From Trichosphaerium sp. ATCC 40318 (lineage: Eukaryota > Protista > Tubulinea), in contig JALMLS010000071.1 in assembly GCA_038496445.1 (NCBI GenBank), forward strand, positions 1 through 64,000: a stretch of DNA of 64,000 bases. The letters are read 5' to 3'. The position numbers were made by a program, and so were the translations under genes. Below the pieces are notes generated by a model that was not told where the DNA came from, ran no database searches, and saw only the letters and a program-made list of their open reading frames with translations. Below are positions 39,764 to 51,986 of this stretch, one piece after another (position 1 is the stretch's first letter; every line of letters begins with the position of its first letter).

Positions 39764-39981
39764 CATAGCCATGCCAGCGGTGATAACTGTTGTGAAACTG
39801 TTTCCAAGTTGGTTCATGTCGAACTGAGTACTCTCTTGAAACTAACGCCCTTCCGTTATGAATGAATAATTTGAATAAAATACCTTACCGCAGACTATAG
39901 CACATAGCAATGCCAGCGGTGATAACTGTTGTGAAACTGTTTCCAAGTTGGTTCATGTCGAACTGAGTACGCTCTTGAAAC
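39764..39981. repeat. Direct duplication of about 75 bp with a period of about 139 bp
   Basis: atgccagcggtgataactgttgtgaaactgtttccaagttggttcatgtcgaactgagtacNctcttgaaa occurs twice with a single mismatch. Confidence 0.95.
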
Positions 39982-40560
39982 CTGTCGAAGTCACAAAAAC
40001 GCTTGCATATCAAAGCTAGATACTTAGATACGCTTATATATGCTCAATAAATAGATACAAAAGACCTTGGAACGGTGCACTAACCGAATTCCATTTTGTG
40101 CTCACCGTTTAAAATTAATACCATCTTTAACACGTTGTACATGGTTTTACAGGAAAATGTGACGAAATTAGGCGATGCTTAAACAAAATGACTTGTTCTA
40201 TGTTGTTACTCATAGCACAAGTAGACAGAGCTACTAGGTTTTCCAGTTACACTTTTTTAAAATGATACAGCATAATGAGCTACATTGAAAGAATTCTGTA
40301 GTTAGCTACAGTTCAATTCAAAAATTATTCGTGGAAATACTTAGGAAGATGTAACTAGTTATATGAAACGCATACTAATGTCATATTAACGACTTGACGT
40401 TGCATGAAATTATGTCAAATATACGAGATTGAGAAATATGTAAGAGTTCATGGAAACCTCGTTAAGTCATATCTTGTAACAGGCTATTCATAACACTTAC
40501 AATTCAGAAACACGATCAAAAACCTCTACAACCAATAAACGCTGGTTTCAAGGATTATCA

Positions 40561-41322
40561 ATGGATAAACAAATAACACCCACCAACTCGTGTTATAATG
40601 AAGCAACAGATAATACCTCATTGCTAGACATACCAACAGAGATTTTGGCTTATTTACTCCGATTTTTAAGCAGAAACGAGCTATTTCAAGTGACCCTAAG
40701 CTGTATGCGATTGTCTGCTATTATTCACTATCATGTTGGCTATGGCTTTATCAACGTTACATCAAGTGAAGGTTGCTTGCTTATTTCAGGAAGCCCGCTT
40801 CTAAATAACACAACAATGTCTTTACAGTTATTCCCAGACGCAAGTGATGAGGATATTGATCTCCTTGCTGGTGTACATACAATTGATTTAAGTTACACTT
40901 CAGTGAAGGACAAAGGACTGTCAGCTCTATCAGGAGTACATAAAATTGATTTAAGTTGTACATTGATTACTGATAAGGGTGTTTCCACATTGGCTGGCGT
41001 ACATACCATTAATCTATCCCAGTGTAATCTTGTTACAGATTTAGGCGTTTCAGCCTTACATGGTGTGCACATAATTAACCTTTCAAACTGTAAAGGTATC
41101 AATGGACAATGCATGGCAAGCCTTTCAAATGCTCACACGGTCAATATATCATGTACAAATGCGACAGATGACTGGGTTGCTCCACTTACAAACATCAAAG
41201 TGTTAATTATGAGAAAATGCAACAAGATTACAAATGAAGCCTTATATTCACTTTACAAAAAAGGTGTACGCCTGCAGGGAAGAGCTCATTATAGATCTAC
41301 AGACATCCTACTCTACCTTTAA
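40561..41322 (+). CDS. Intronless F-box-LRR protein (about 6 repeats)
   Basis: LLDIPTEILAYLLRFL, linker HVGY...SGSPLL, and LAGVHTIDLS repeats. Confidence 0.92.
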   Translation: MDKQITPTNSCYNEATDNTSLLDIPTEILAYLLRFLSRNELFQVTLSCMRLSAIIHYHVGYGFINVTSSEGCLLISGSPLLNNTTMSLQLFPDASDEDIDLLAGVHTIDLSYTSVKDKGLSALSGVHKIDLSCTLITDKGVSTLAGVHTINLSQCNLVTDLGVSALHGVHIINLSNCKGINGQCMASLSNAHTVNISCTNATDDWVAPLTNIKVLIMRKCNKITNEALYSLYKKGVRLQGRAHYRSTDILLYL

Positions 41323-41727
41323 AATATCATAGCAACACCTAGCTTTGAGGAAATACTAATCCATATAACAGCTGTAGCTAACTTGCACGTGATGAAGTAT
41401 TAATTGCAAGTGCAAAGGATTTAGATCAATTAGTAACACCATCACTGCTTAATGTTTCGTCACATATATTTTATGTTACAAACATCACATTTGAGATACA
41501 ATAACAGAATGTCTTGTGAATAGAAGTTAGCTTGAAAATAGTGTAATTTCGAATAATGTCAACGGTTACGTATTAATTGGATTCCGTTCACAAATGACCT
41601 CAAAGTACAAGAGAAACACTTTCATAATGAACCTCACACAGAGTCCATGGATGTCTACATATATGGAACATAAGCTGTTTATTAAAAGAAAAATACACTC
41701 TTTTATACTGCGAATCCAATCACAGTG

Positions 41728-42308
41728 CTATTTGGTAGAATGTATATATTTCTTGAGTATTCCTTTTGTATGCCAATCCGTGGACTTGCCATCACGTGTA
41801 CAAGTAATCCAAACGCAATGCATTGACAACTCACCGTTCTCACGCCACCGCTTGTAATCTCCTTCAATTGTACCATTAACATAGGTAGCCTGTTTTATTA
41901 ATTGACCATTGTAATGCCATCGTTTAGATTCTCCATGGCGTTTGCCATGTCTATACCAACACTCTCGTGTAATTAGTGATTGAGTTTTGTCACGTGCACT
42001 TTTGTTCTGCGGCTTGCCACACCATACGAATATATTCTCTGTAGATCCAATGATATACTTCCGTTTTATCCATTTTCCGTGTTTATTAAGCTTGTTATCA
42101 AACCTTGAATTTGTAGCTGTCTTTTTTGATAATAGGGGATACTTTAAATACACTTCAAAGTCCAAATCAATTAAATTTAGATGTAATTCAACAGGTAAGA
42201 GCAATAGAAGACTATTACTCTATTCAATAAGTTAGGCAGGCTTTATAACTTGGTGTACGTTGATACCTGCAATTTGCTGAGTGATGGACACAACGAGTTG
42301 TTAGTCAT
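41728..42308 (-). CDS. F-box-like + MORN-variant repeat protein with one 5' intron (42220-42266)
   Basis: MTNNSLCPSLSKLQ|SNSLLLLLPVELHLNLIDL; YPLLSK...RFD..L.KHGKW motif shared with the paralogs; 2-3 repeats. Confidence 0.82.
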
Positions 42309-42469
42309 TTAACAGCTAGCGTTAATCTTGACTTAATAGGAATCACGTGGCATCAGAATCTAATTGTTAAGTCAACATTTTATTCCACCTCCTTAGGTGC
42401 TTCACAGAGTGTACAATAATATCAGACACACAACGAAGTACGAGAGCTGAGTTATTTTATTCAAGTGGC

Positions 42470-45400
42470 TTATGCTTCTGGTCGAAAGAAACTAGTTGAT
42501 ACAATATCACTTGGTATCTTGTTGAAGAAGCCTCGCGCTTTAACTGTCGTATCCTTTGAAACAGGGAATGAAGAAGTGTAAAGAGGAGATGTAATTGTTG
42601 GATCAGTACCATCAAGAGTGTATCTAATAGACTGTTAATAAACCTCAAGTAACAACCTCAGACATAGTTGACATTACCTTATATTTCCTGATTTAATCAT
42701 GGACAATTCTATTGAAGTTGGTTCTACCCAAAAAGTTATTGGAGTAAAGTTTGGAAAAAAGAAAACTGCGTACTCTTAAAATAGAATCCTCCTGGCACAC
42801 TTCGGCATAAAGTGTCATTCTTACAGCTTGACCGTATGTATTCGTTTAGTTTCCATTCAGGCGAGGCATAGATATATGGAAAATTATCTTAGATTTTCGT
42901 TAGCACTTGTTTGCAATCACGTGGTGAAAAGTAAAAGTAGTACCTTCAAAAGCTTGTTGGTAATCATAAAATTGATAGTATGATGATGGTCTTGCTGGAG
43001 GAATTGGTCTTTTCAATAGAGCAAACTGATTCTGGCGTAGAATAGAACGCGCTCGTTGAAAGTCAACCAACCTGTCATGTAGATACAAGCCTAGTTTCAG
43101 TAAACAACAAATATTACTTTCTCGAAAGAAATTACCTTTAAATCTTGGTGTTTCTGCCTTCCGTTCTTGCTCGAAAAGAGAGTCCATGTATGAAAGAGCT
43201 TTTGATATAGAATTAACAGATTCACTAGTATTCTTGGCGTATGCTTGCTCCACTGAATCACATAAAGCGTTCAAAGCGTTGACACTTCAAAAAATCTTAG
43301 AAACAACAAAAAATAGGTTTTGTAATTACCTGAAGTAGTGAATTGATATTTGTGTCATCACGTGCGTTTGGTAGAATTGACTAAAGAGAACATTAGTATT
43401 GTTCCATTAAACAATATATTGCCTTTAACTTACGTATTCTTTTGTAACGTTGGTAGTATTGCCAATGCTGTTTTGTATACTTCAACAAGTGCAGAGAAAC
43501 TTTCTCGCACACGATAATCTTTGGCTTCACCTACCAAACTCAGCGATATATTTCCCTACGTATGTGTTTAATCATATTGATGTTAGATAAATGCTACTTG
43601 ACTTACGCTTTTTATTGCATCAGTAAACTTTCCTCCAAGCGTTTTTATATAAGTCCTTGATGAGAATAAGTTACTCAAAGTTTGTTTTTTTTTTTTGAAA
43701 GAAAATAACGTACGAGAAGTGATTGTCACCTGTACCACGTAGTACATATGGAATTGAGAAGTAAGCCTACCATTTAACACTATTTAATAAAGTATCTACA
43801 TATAGCATGGATTGACTTACCGACCATAAATTGGCTATCTGAGGAGCAGCTTTTGCATCATAGTATCTGCTACACCAATCTAGTAAATAATCTGCTTGAG
43901 CCTTTACAGGATCTACATTCATGCGATTTGATGGATCTTGAAGAAAGAATAGGTAAGCAAACGGTCTCATGCTAAAAGGTGTATTTAGTTTACCCCATAC
44001 AAGCTCCATAGCTGCTGTAGTCATCATGACGTATGGTCTAATAGCTAAGTTAGAAAAACCGAAGAAAAGAAAAAAAAAAGAGAAAAGTTTCTCGCTAGAG
44101 TACCTGATGTCTGAAAGGTTTAGAATAAATATAGATGTAGCCTTTTTCTGGAAAAAAGGAGCTACATTCTTGTACATTATTTGTGGTGATATCATCTCTG
44201 TCAACTGGTTTGCATTGCCATTGTACTAATTTTGAAGAAAATATGTTAGCACAACACGTTTTTTCAATTTGAGTTTATCTCTGAAAGGTGGGGATCTAAT
44301 CGTATCTCACCATGGCAACGTGATAGTATAAGCCATCTCCTTCTTTGAGATTTTTTAATCCACCGACAGCCCCTTCACCATTATCCGCAAGAACTAGAAC
44401 ATTGTTCAGTTCCAGAAAAAGGGAAGAACAGTATTAACGCTTTCAAAATATTTTAGTGTCTGTCAGTACCTGTTACAACACCTTCTGGTATTTTAAGATA
44501 TCCTTCATCAAAAAATGTTGTTCCTTCATCCCATAGATATGTGATAATCTTAGCGTCTTTTTGTACTGATCTAACCCCTAATATTTTCTTACTTTTTTCA
44601 CATTTTTTGATTTTGGGTACTAACAATTTGTCATGTTACTCATAACCCAATTAATACGTTCCGCTTTTTCCTGATCTGAACATCCTATGACCAAGATTAT
44701 TGTGGGTTTTATTAAATAGCGTTTATTATACCTGGGCAAGGAGCTGGATAGTCGTTCAATCCACGATATCTTCAAAGAAAAATCAAAAAAATAAATTTGA
44801 AGCATTATATTACCCAATACTCCACACAACTTCATTATCTTGCTGCGCGGCAATAGACGCTTTCCATGCATATTCCATTACGCTTGGATCTTTTAGCCAA
44901 TCATAAGCCATAGAGCGTGGCCATCGGAATGTATCAAGACCTGCACGTGTTAGCTTAAATTACAAACAAAACAACAACGTTGAGTAAAGAAACATACCGA
45001 GAAGGTTAAAATGATGTTGTGTTATCGCTAAACCTCTTCTTGCTGCAAGAGATATTGATTTTTCATCTGGTAATGGAACAGTGCCAACCAAGAAAGTGTT
45101 ACATTTTTGTCTGTTGTTCCATGAGTTCAAAAAATAAAACGAACTAGCTCACCTCAAACATGCTTCAAAAACATGGTCCCATTGCTCTAGTGAAAAAACA
45201 GTCTAGTTACAGAGTAAGAGTTTAGTAAACACAGTGTCATTACCTCCCCAATAGGACTCGGGAACAATCCTCCAAGTAAATCTTCATCGTTTGTAAACCA
45301 ACCTCGCTGCTCAAATGCTGGAGGCTAAATGCTGTTTGAACCACTGAACATTTCGTACTTGAAAGCACGTGCATACCTTGAACGTAACTGAAAACGTCGG

Positions 45401-46144
45401 TGGTAGAGTGATTATTCCTTTGTAAGTTGGCTCTAAATCCATGTAGTAATACCAAGGATCAACACCCAACACAGATGTAGAGAACTCGAACATAGCGTAA
45501 ATGAGACCGCTAGTTTTTTTGGTAAATATATTGTTACCAGTTGAAGACCAATTGATGGTGACGTGACATACCGAGTATCCTGACCAGCTACAACAAGAGC
45601 GCTTCCTGGAGCGTATGTATTCTTGACCACACGCAAACAGTGGCTCTCTGTTCCACTCAGGCAAGAGTTGACATCAATCTTTAAATAAAAAATGAGATAT
45701 GGTTTTAAAAAGATTCGTACTAGTTTACTAAGCCATGGAGCGTTTGATGGTGTTCCAAAAAATACGTTCGTTATCTCTGCAGAGTCATTTGCGTAACCAG
45801 TAGTGGGTGGTGTATTTGACAACAATGGGGCATAGCCAAGTACCTTTTGTCAAAAAACCGTTTGATTAGCACCACGGCACGTGACAATTGCCAAAAAAGC
45901 TTTTAATCGTATTTCCAAAATCTTTTCGTACCTTATACCAATCCCGCTGTATATCACGAAAAGATAACGCAACTGGCTGAGCACTATCACTCTTTTGATT
46001 TTGGTGAGTACAACACTTTTTTTTTGCCTTTAACTGACTTCTATGTCAACGTACATCAGATATTATCCAAACAGCGTCTCCTGAAAGATGGTAGCAACTG
46101 GTTGCTGTACAAAAGAAAAGTAGGGCGACAATGTGTAGTAACAT
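42470..46144 (-). CDS. Secreted glycoside hydrolase family 115-like protein with a C-terminal chitobiase/Fn3-associated domain
   Basis: Signal peptide, GVDPWYYYMD, RGWFTNDEDL, VLADNG, GLYYHVAM; C-terminal IRYTLDGTDPT...VKARGF. Confidence 0.85.
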
Positions 46145-46434
46145 TTTAACCTTTTTTTTCCTATTTGAACCTAAACGCACTTAACAACATCCCGAACGAC
46201 AAGCGATAACCACCGAATCACTCACAAACGCGAACGCAGGCGGTATCTGCTAGTTTGAGGTAGTTTCGTTTGAAAAACATCAAATACTTCGTCCTCACAA
46301 ACGGAAGCACTCAGGCGATGTTATATAACGGTAAACGAAGCAGTATTAGCGTACAAGGTGAGTTGATAAGTTTATTTACATGTCTCTGTGAGGCGCGGTT
46401 TGGGTTTTTTTGGTTTTGAAGTTTCCGTTACTTG

Positions 46435-46765
46435 TTATCCACCAAGTTGTTCCATCATTACGTCCAGCGTATCACCGTCTTCAACGCCAGCCGCTGATAA
46501 GGTTGATTCAGCTGCTAGTCTCTCTCCATCGAACATAATCTTTAAAGTGTTTTGATCAATACCACGTTGGTTTGCAAATGCTGCCATTAGTTTTTTGATG
46601 GTAGTGGAGCCTTTGGCGCGAACTTCAATTGGGTCCTTATTGAAAATAGCTTTATAAGCGCGCGAAATGGGTACATATTGGTGTTGGTGGGCGTACTTCA
46701 CCATCCTGACTAAGCAATTTAATAGTTAGAACGGAAGCTTTTATGTTCTTTTTATCCTCAGCCAT
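46435..46765 (-). CDS. SUMO-like ubiquitin-related modifier, 2 exons
   Basis: IKLLSQDGE|DPIEVRAK...IKKLMAAFANQRG...FDGERL...EDGDTLDVMMEQLGG*, ending directly in the di-Gly. Confidence 0.9.
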
Positions 46766-47026
46766 GTTAACGAGCGTTTCTTTACAGTGCTTGTGCAGGT
46801 ACAATAACGAGTCGCATTTATTCTTTTTTGAACCTCACTTCAATCAGAGCTCTTCAAAGCCATTGGAAAACGTTTTTGAGAACGTATTCGCAGCAAATAA
46901 TACTATAACGGCTTGATACGATTACGTTAGCGCGTTTTCAGACTGTCGTCAATCAATTTAGAACAGTATCATGTCAGTAATTCAGTAGATGCGTAGAGAT
47001 TGATAAGAACGATTAAATACAAAAAA

Positions 47027-49740
47027 ATGTTGAAAAAATCTTGTTGTTCTACTGGTATCGTATCACATATAGTTTGTACGCGCTATAGACTGATTCCGAA
47101 TGTTGTTGACAGCTTTAGGCTCGCCAGTATTTAAAAGCAAACAAAATGTTCGTTCATTTGGCGCAAATACGCCAGAAGCGCATGTAAGCGACCCTCGCCA
47201 CTTTTTTGAGACAGTTCTTGCACCACAACTTGACGTGTCAACAATGGATGATTGGTACAACGTAACAGCTAAACACATAAGTGACTGTGGTGGAGACGAA
47301 GTAATGAGAAGGTAAGTACAATCCCATCCCATGTATTTAGCTCATTTTTATTTCAAAACCAGATACCAGAACTCTCTTGGCAACGCATTGCAGCGGTTAT
47401 ACTCTAGATGGAACTGGATGGTATCACGCTTCAAGTACGTAGTACTTACAGTTAAATGAGTGCTTCTCGCTGTTCGCTAAACGGATTTTTTTCAAGCGAT
47501 ACAATGCCTGCAGGATATTGGGACAACATTACAAACCAGCGTGCTAGATTTGATGACATCGGCGCTCAATTAAAGATGACTACACTTGATGATTGGCGTT
47601 TTGTAACTATATCAACCGTGATTGAGCTTCGTGGTGGTTGTACACTTGACAAGTACGCCAAGCCCTCAAACACGTGTTCTTCGATTCTCACATAGACGGT
47701 AGATATGGTGGTTCTCTGGTTAGTGCACTGGCATCCCTGTACCCTCATTTCAACTGGTCTGCGTCTGAGTTTAGGTAAGTAAGATGAAGGGAGGATGAAA
47801 CACTGAAGACGTCATAGGAGTGTACCTATGAGACATTGGGATGATATTATTAATCAACGTGCTAAGTTTAATGAACTTGGTATTATTTTGGGTATAAAGC
47901 ATTTGAGTGATTGGATTAATGTACATAAGTCAGTGTTCAAGAAGTATAAAATGTCTTCGATACTGAAAAAGTAAGTTGTTCCGTTTTTTTTCCTAGTTTT
48001 TTTGCCTTTGTATCTTTTCTCTTTCTGTGCTAATGTATGATTTCAAGGTACAATTTTTCGGTGAGTAATGCACTCATTGCTATATATCCTTTATATAGAT
48101 GGCCTTTTCAAAAGTAAGGCAATGGTAGAGGGGTAGTGTTTCTCATTTTTAATGTTAGTATCAATGACTTGGTAATGGAACAAGCGAGCCCTGCTCATGT
48201 TCGTGCTTTTGATGTTATAGCCGAAAAACTGGCAATAACCGATATGGATTGTTGGTATAGTGTCACTAAGAGTCAGATCCATAGTGTAGGCGGTGCAAGC
48301 TTGCTTGCAAACTCGTAAGTTGAACAATTTCAGAATGACATATTTTCCTCTTTTTTTCTCATTTACTTTTTTGTTTAACACTTGCCGTCTAGGTACAATG
48401 GGTCTATTTCAAAAGCCTTAAAGTCAATATATTCTCGACATGATTGGGACGTTCTAAAATTCGGGTACTACATCTGGGGTTTGTTGGAATAAAGTCAAGA
48501 TTAATTTTTTCTCTAGAAATCCTCCTCTTGGTCACTGGAAAAACTTGACAAATCAGCGTGGTAAGTTTAATGACATTGCTGAAACTCTTGGTATAAAAGA
48601 TTACGATGGTTGGTATAGTGTTTCTAGAGATGATATCCAAGATATGGGCGGTGGCGGTATTTTATTTAAAAAGTAAGTCTGAGACAAGCTGAAATTTTTT
48701 TATTTGCTCATTTTATTCAATGATTTATAGGTACAAAAAATCAGTCCCACGTGCTCTTATGGCGATATATCCCGAACATAGATGGAAATCTTGGCAATTT
48801 AAACGTTCCAGAGGTAGTGAGTACCAACAAGGATACTGGCAAGACAAAGATAATCAAGTTGCTTTCTTGCATAGCTTAAATCGGAAATACAACATGAGCG
48901 ATCCTGATGAATGGTATAGACTTTCTTCATCCCAAATAACTGGATCCGGTGGACGTGGTTTTAGGCCATATTATCGCTCTGTTTTGGGTATGCTACATCC
49001 TCACTTTAAGTGGAACAAGCGAAACTTCTCAGAAAATGTAAAAAAATCACAACAAAGGTACTAACAAAAAGTCATTCCAACCGACAAACTTATCACCTAT
49101 TAGGTGGTTACTGCATAGCATTAAATCTTTACTTCCTTCAAATGTGAGTATTGAAGAAGAGCATTATATTGGTATAAGGGATACAAGTGGTGGTGGGCTT
49201 ACAGTTGATGTGTTTGTTCCTGAATATAGCTTGGCTTTTGAGTATCAAGGTAACCATTTAAACTCAATTATTTTCTGGGCTTCTGGCTCATTATCTAGAT
49301 CCCCTTTTTCTTTCTTTTATTATCTCACATCTATCGCTTGATTGCTTGCTTACATTTATGTAAGGCGAGATACATTATCACGATATTATGCCACATGCAG
49401 CTCCAACAGTTGTAAGATCTGTTAGGGATACTGAAAAAGCACATCAGTGCAGCGTAGCAGGTACTGCTTTCTGAGATTTTTAAGCTTGACAGAAATTGTT
49501 TATACTTATGCCTGTTTAGGCATTACTCTTATTTTAATACCGTACTGGTGGCGAGGTGACTTGAGTTCTCTTGCATCTCATATTTTAGATCAAAAGTTAT
49601 CTTTCTTACCTTTGCCTCTTATTCGCCATCTTCAATCACAAGTAATACAACAACATTTTCTACCTGATAATGGATATTATGATGGTAAATCAAGTGGTAA
49701 GGTAATGTCACCAAGACATTATGCAGCTCAGATAATGTAA
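47027..49740 (+). CDS. Trp-rich tandem repeat protein (six units of about 70 aa) with a C-terminal PD-(D/E)XK-like (Vsr/DUF559/RAP-like) domain; probable mitochondrial presequence
   Basis: Repeat consensus W....NQR..F..I...L.....DDWY.V....I...GG..L..Y..S...AL..IYP...W....F. C-terminus VDVFVPEYSLAFEYQG|EIHY...RDTEK...GITLILIPYWW. Confidence 0.85.
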
Positions 49741-50086
49741 AACAATAAAAAACCTGTACTTTAAAAAAAAACAATCAATCCAATGTGCTTACGTGTAGGA
49801 TGCCCATAAAGCCTTATTTGTGGGATAAGCTTTTGGATAATTGAATGGAGACCTAAAAAATAACCACGTTCTATGGCTCAAGGCCAGTCCTTGGCTGCAC
49901 TCAAATCATTAAGGTGCAGTCACTTGGTGTGCGAAAAAGCTTTAAATGGTGCACCAACACGTGTCTGTCAATAAGCGCGGCTAAACCGTCACGTGCTTAA
50001 AACGCCACGTCATCCTGCTGGCAACAATAACCAACACAACGTTACTGTTATACAAAATAAGAGATATTAAAGCATAGAACTTAGCA

Positions 50087-51105
50087 ATGCATTTCATAAC
50101 TGAATTGGAGCAACCTAGACGCGCTTTCGAGCTTCTGCCAGATGAAATACTGTTATTAACAGTAAATCTCATGGATGCATCGCAAATTGCTCAGGTATCC
50201 CTTTGGCGTTAGTATACAATCTTTCTCTTCTTAGGCAAGTGTTTTAAACAAAGAATTTCACCGGGTATGCTCTGATGACCAGCTGTGGAAACAAAAAGAA
50301 CATCAGGTACCTTGGTTTTGTTGCTTTATTCGTTTTCTATTGTATCACTTTTCCATTATGATACAAGGAGTTGTTTATGTACAACATCGGGCTTGGGTTT
50401 TTTTGTACATCGTCGTCATTTTAGTAGTGACTTTCCAACGATAAACAGCTCTAGTGATGCCATTTTTAGATTACAAAACCTCCTTATTAAAGCCAAGTCA
50501 CATGCTAAAACCCTTTCTAGCTTTTTGCAAGATACAATATTGCCCCTATATCTTACAATCGCAGCAATGCTAAAAAACGATGTATAAAATATATGAAGCT
50601 ACTAAAGAAAAGGAATAAGGGAAAAAAGCGCTCTGTTGGGTACAATAAGAGGTGTACAACACTCAAAAACAAGTGTACAGAGTCTGGAAACTGGCTGTTC
50701 TGTGCAATACACTTGTTCTTCTTATGGATGACATTTATGTTTGCTCTTGAAAATAGCATTGAGGTGGTTGTGTGTCTCTCTGTCGTGTTTTTTACACTAT
50801 CTGGTCTCTTACACTGTTGTCTGGGGCACCTTATGAAGCAGGCAATCGTCAAAGAAAAGACGGAAATACTTGGATTTGAGAATTACATTGATGAACAAAT
50901 TAACAACGATGATCTCGAGCGCCGACGTAAAATATTTAACAAGTGGCGAAGGGAAGCCCAAGGACACAGTACATCTTGTGTGGACATTTCTGGAGAGAGT
51001 AAGTATAGTCCCTTAACTTTGCTGGTCCTACCATGGCTTGCTTGTTGCATAGTGATGTTCTTTCCAGTAATACTTGTTGCTATTATCCTTATTATGGTTG
51101 TATAA
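50087..51105 (+). CDS. F-box + transmembrane protein; an apparent frameshift in a T-run near 50400 and an uncertain 3' end
   Basis: Spliced FELLPDEILLLTVNLMDASQIAQ|ASVLNKEFHRVCSDDQLWK is a canonical F-box. Hydrophobic helices follow in 50593-51105. Confidence 0.7.
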
Positions 51106-51345
51106 AAACAAAACTTAGTAAACCAGTAGTTTTTTTATCTTTCATGCTTTTTCCTTGCTTTATATCTCGTCGCAAACGTAGCATATTCTTTTTGTATGAT
51201 AATGACAGCTACTGTACACGATATCGCTCTTGCTACAACAGTACATAACATGTTATTGGTGCGTGTTCATTTCTATTGTTTTCCACTTTTTCGGATACAG
51301 GTTTTACGTGAATTCTAGTTAAACACGTGATTGCCTTTTCATTAA

Positions 51346-51986
51346 GGGCGTCCTACCACAATGACCAGGGTGCCTTAAATGGCCTGATTTTTAGGTTGCA
51401 TATTGCATACACCTAGTTCAACCAGCACAGCGCTCTAGAGAACCTCTGGTGGCCTTTAAACAATTGAAAAAAAAAAGCTGTTCAAACTCACTTTCCAAAA
51501 ACGAAAAGTTTCCAAAACGCGTTTTATGGCAATATAAACGCGTTTTAGAGTATTTTACATCATTACTCAAGATAAAACCAGTATTCAAACTTCAACTTTT
51601 GTGATTGTGCTTTTAATAGCACTGGTGGTGCTATGCCTACGTTTAAAACCAATATATGAATGTATAAAAAAGAAAAAATACTAAATTAAGATTCTCTTTC
51701 CAAAATAAGCTAAACACTTTTCTTAAAATCTATATTCGAAGCTGAATTTATCTCAAATCATGTTTAATAGTGGTGTTGTAGTATTGATGTAGTATAAGCG
51801 AAATCAGAGAATGTATAATTGAGAACCAGAAAACGCGTGAAAAAACCCAAAATACAAACCGTCACATTAATATTCGAAGCCAAATTAAAGGCCAGCGTGT
51901 TTATTGCACGTGAGGATGTAGTATGATGAGTTACAGTTGATTTAAAGAATGTATAAAATAGTTAAGGTCATTGTGGTAGGACGCCC
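51346..51986. mobile_element. 641-bp non-autonomous DNA transposon (MITE) with 21-bp perfect TIRs and TTAA flanks; Kolobok-like
   Basis: TTAA|GGGCGTCCTACCACAATGACC ... GGTCATTGTGGTAGGACGCCC|TTAA, with an AT-rich non-coding interior. Confidence 0.92.

Noticed and set aside
34381-42308. Endogenous giant-virus segment
   Set aside because: No viral hallmark genes (capsid, packaging ATPase, polymerase) are visible, the MORN genes carry spliceosomal introns, and paralogs are interspersed with host genes.
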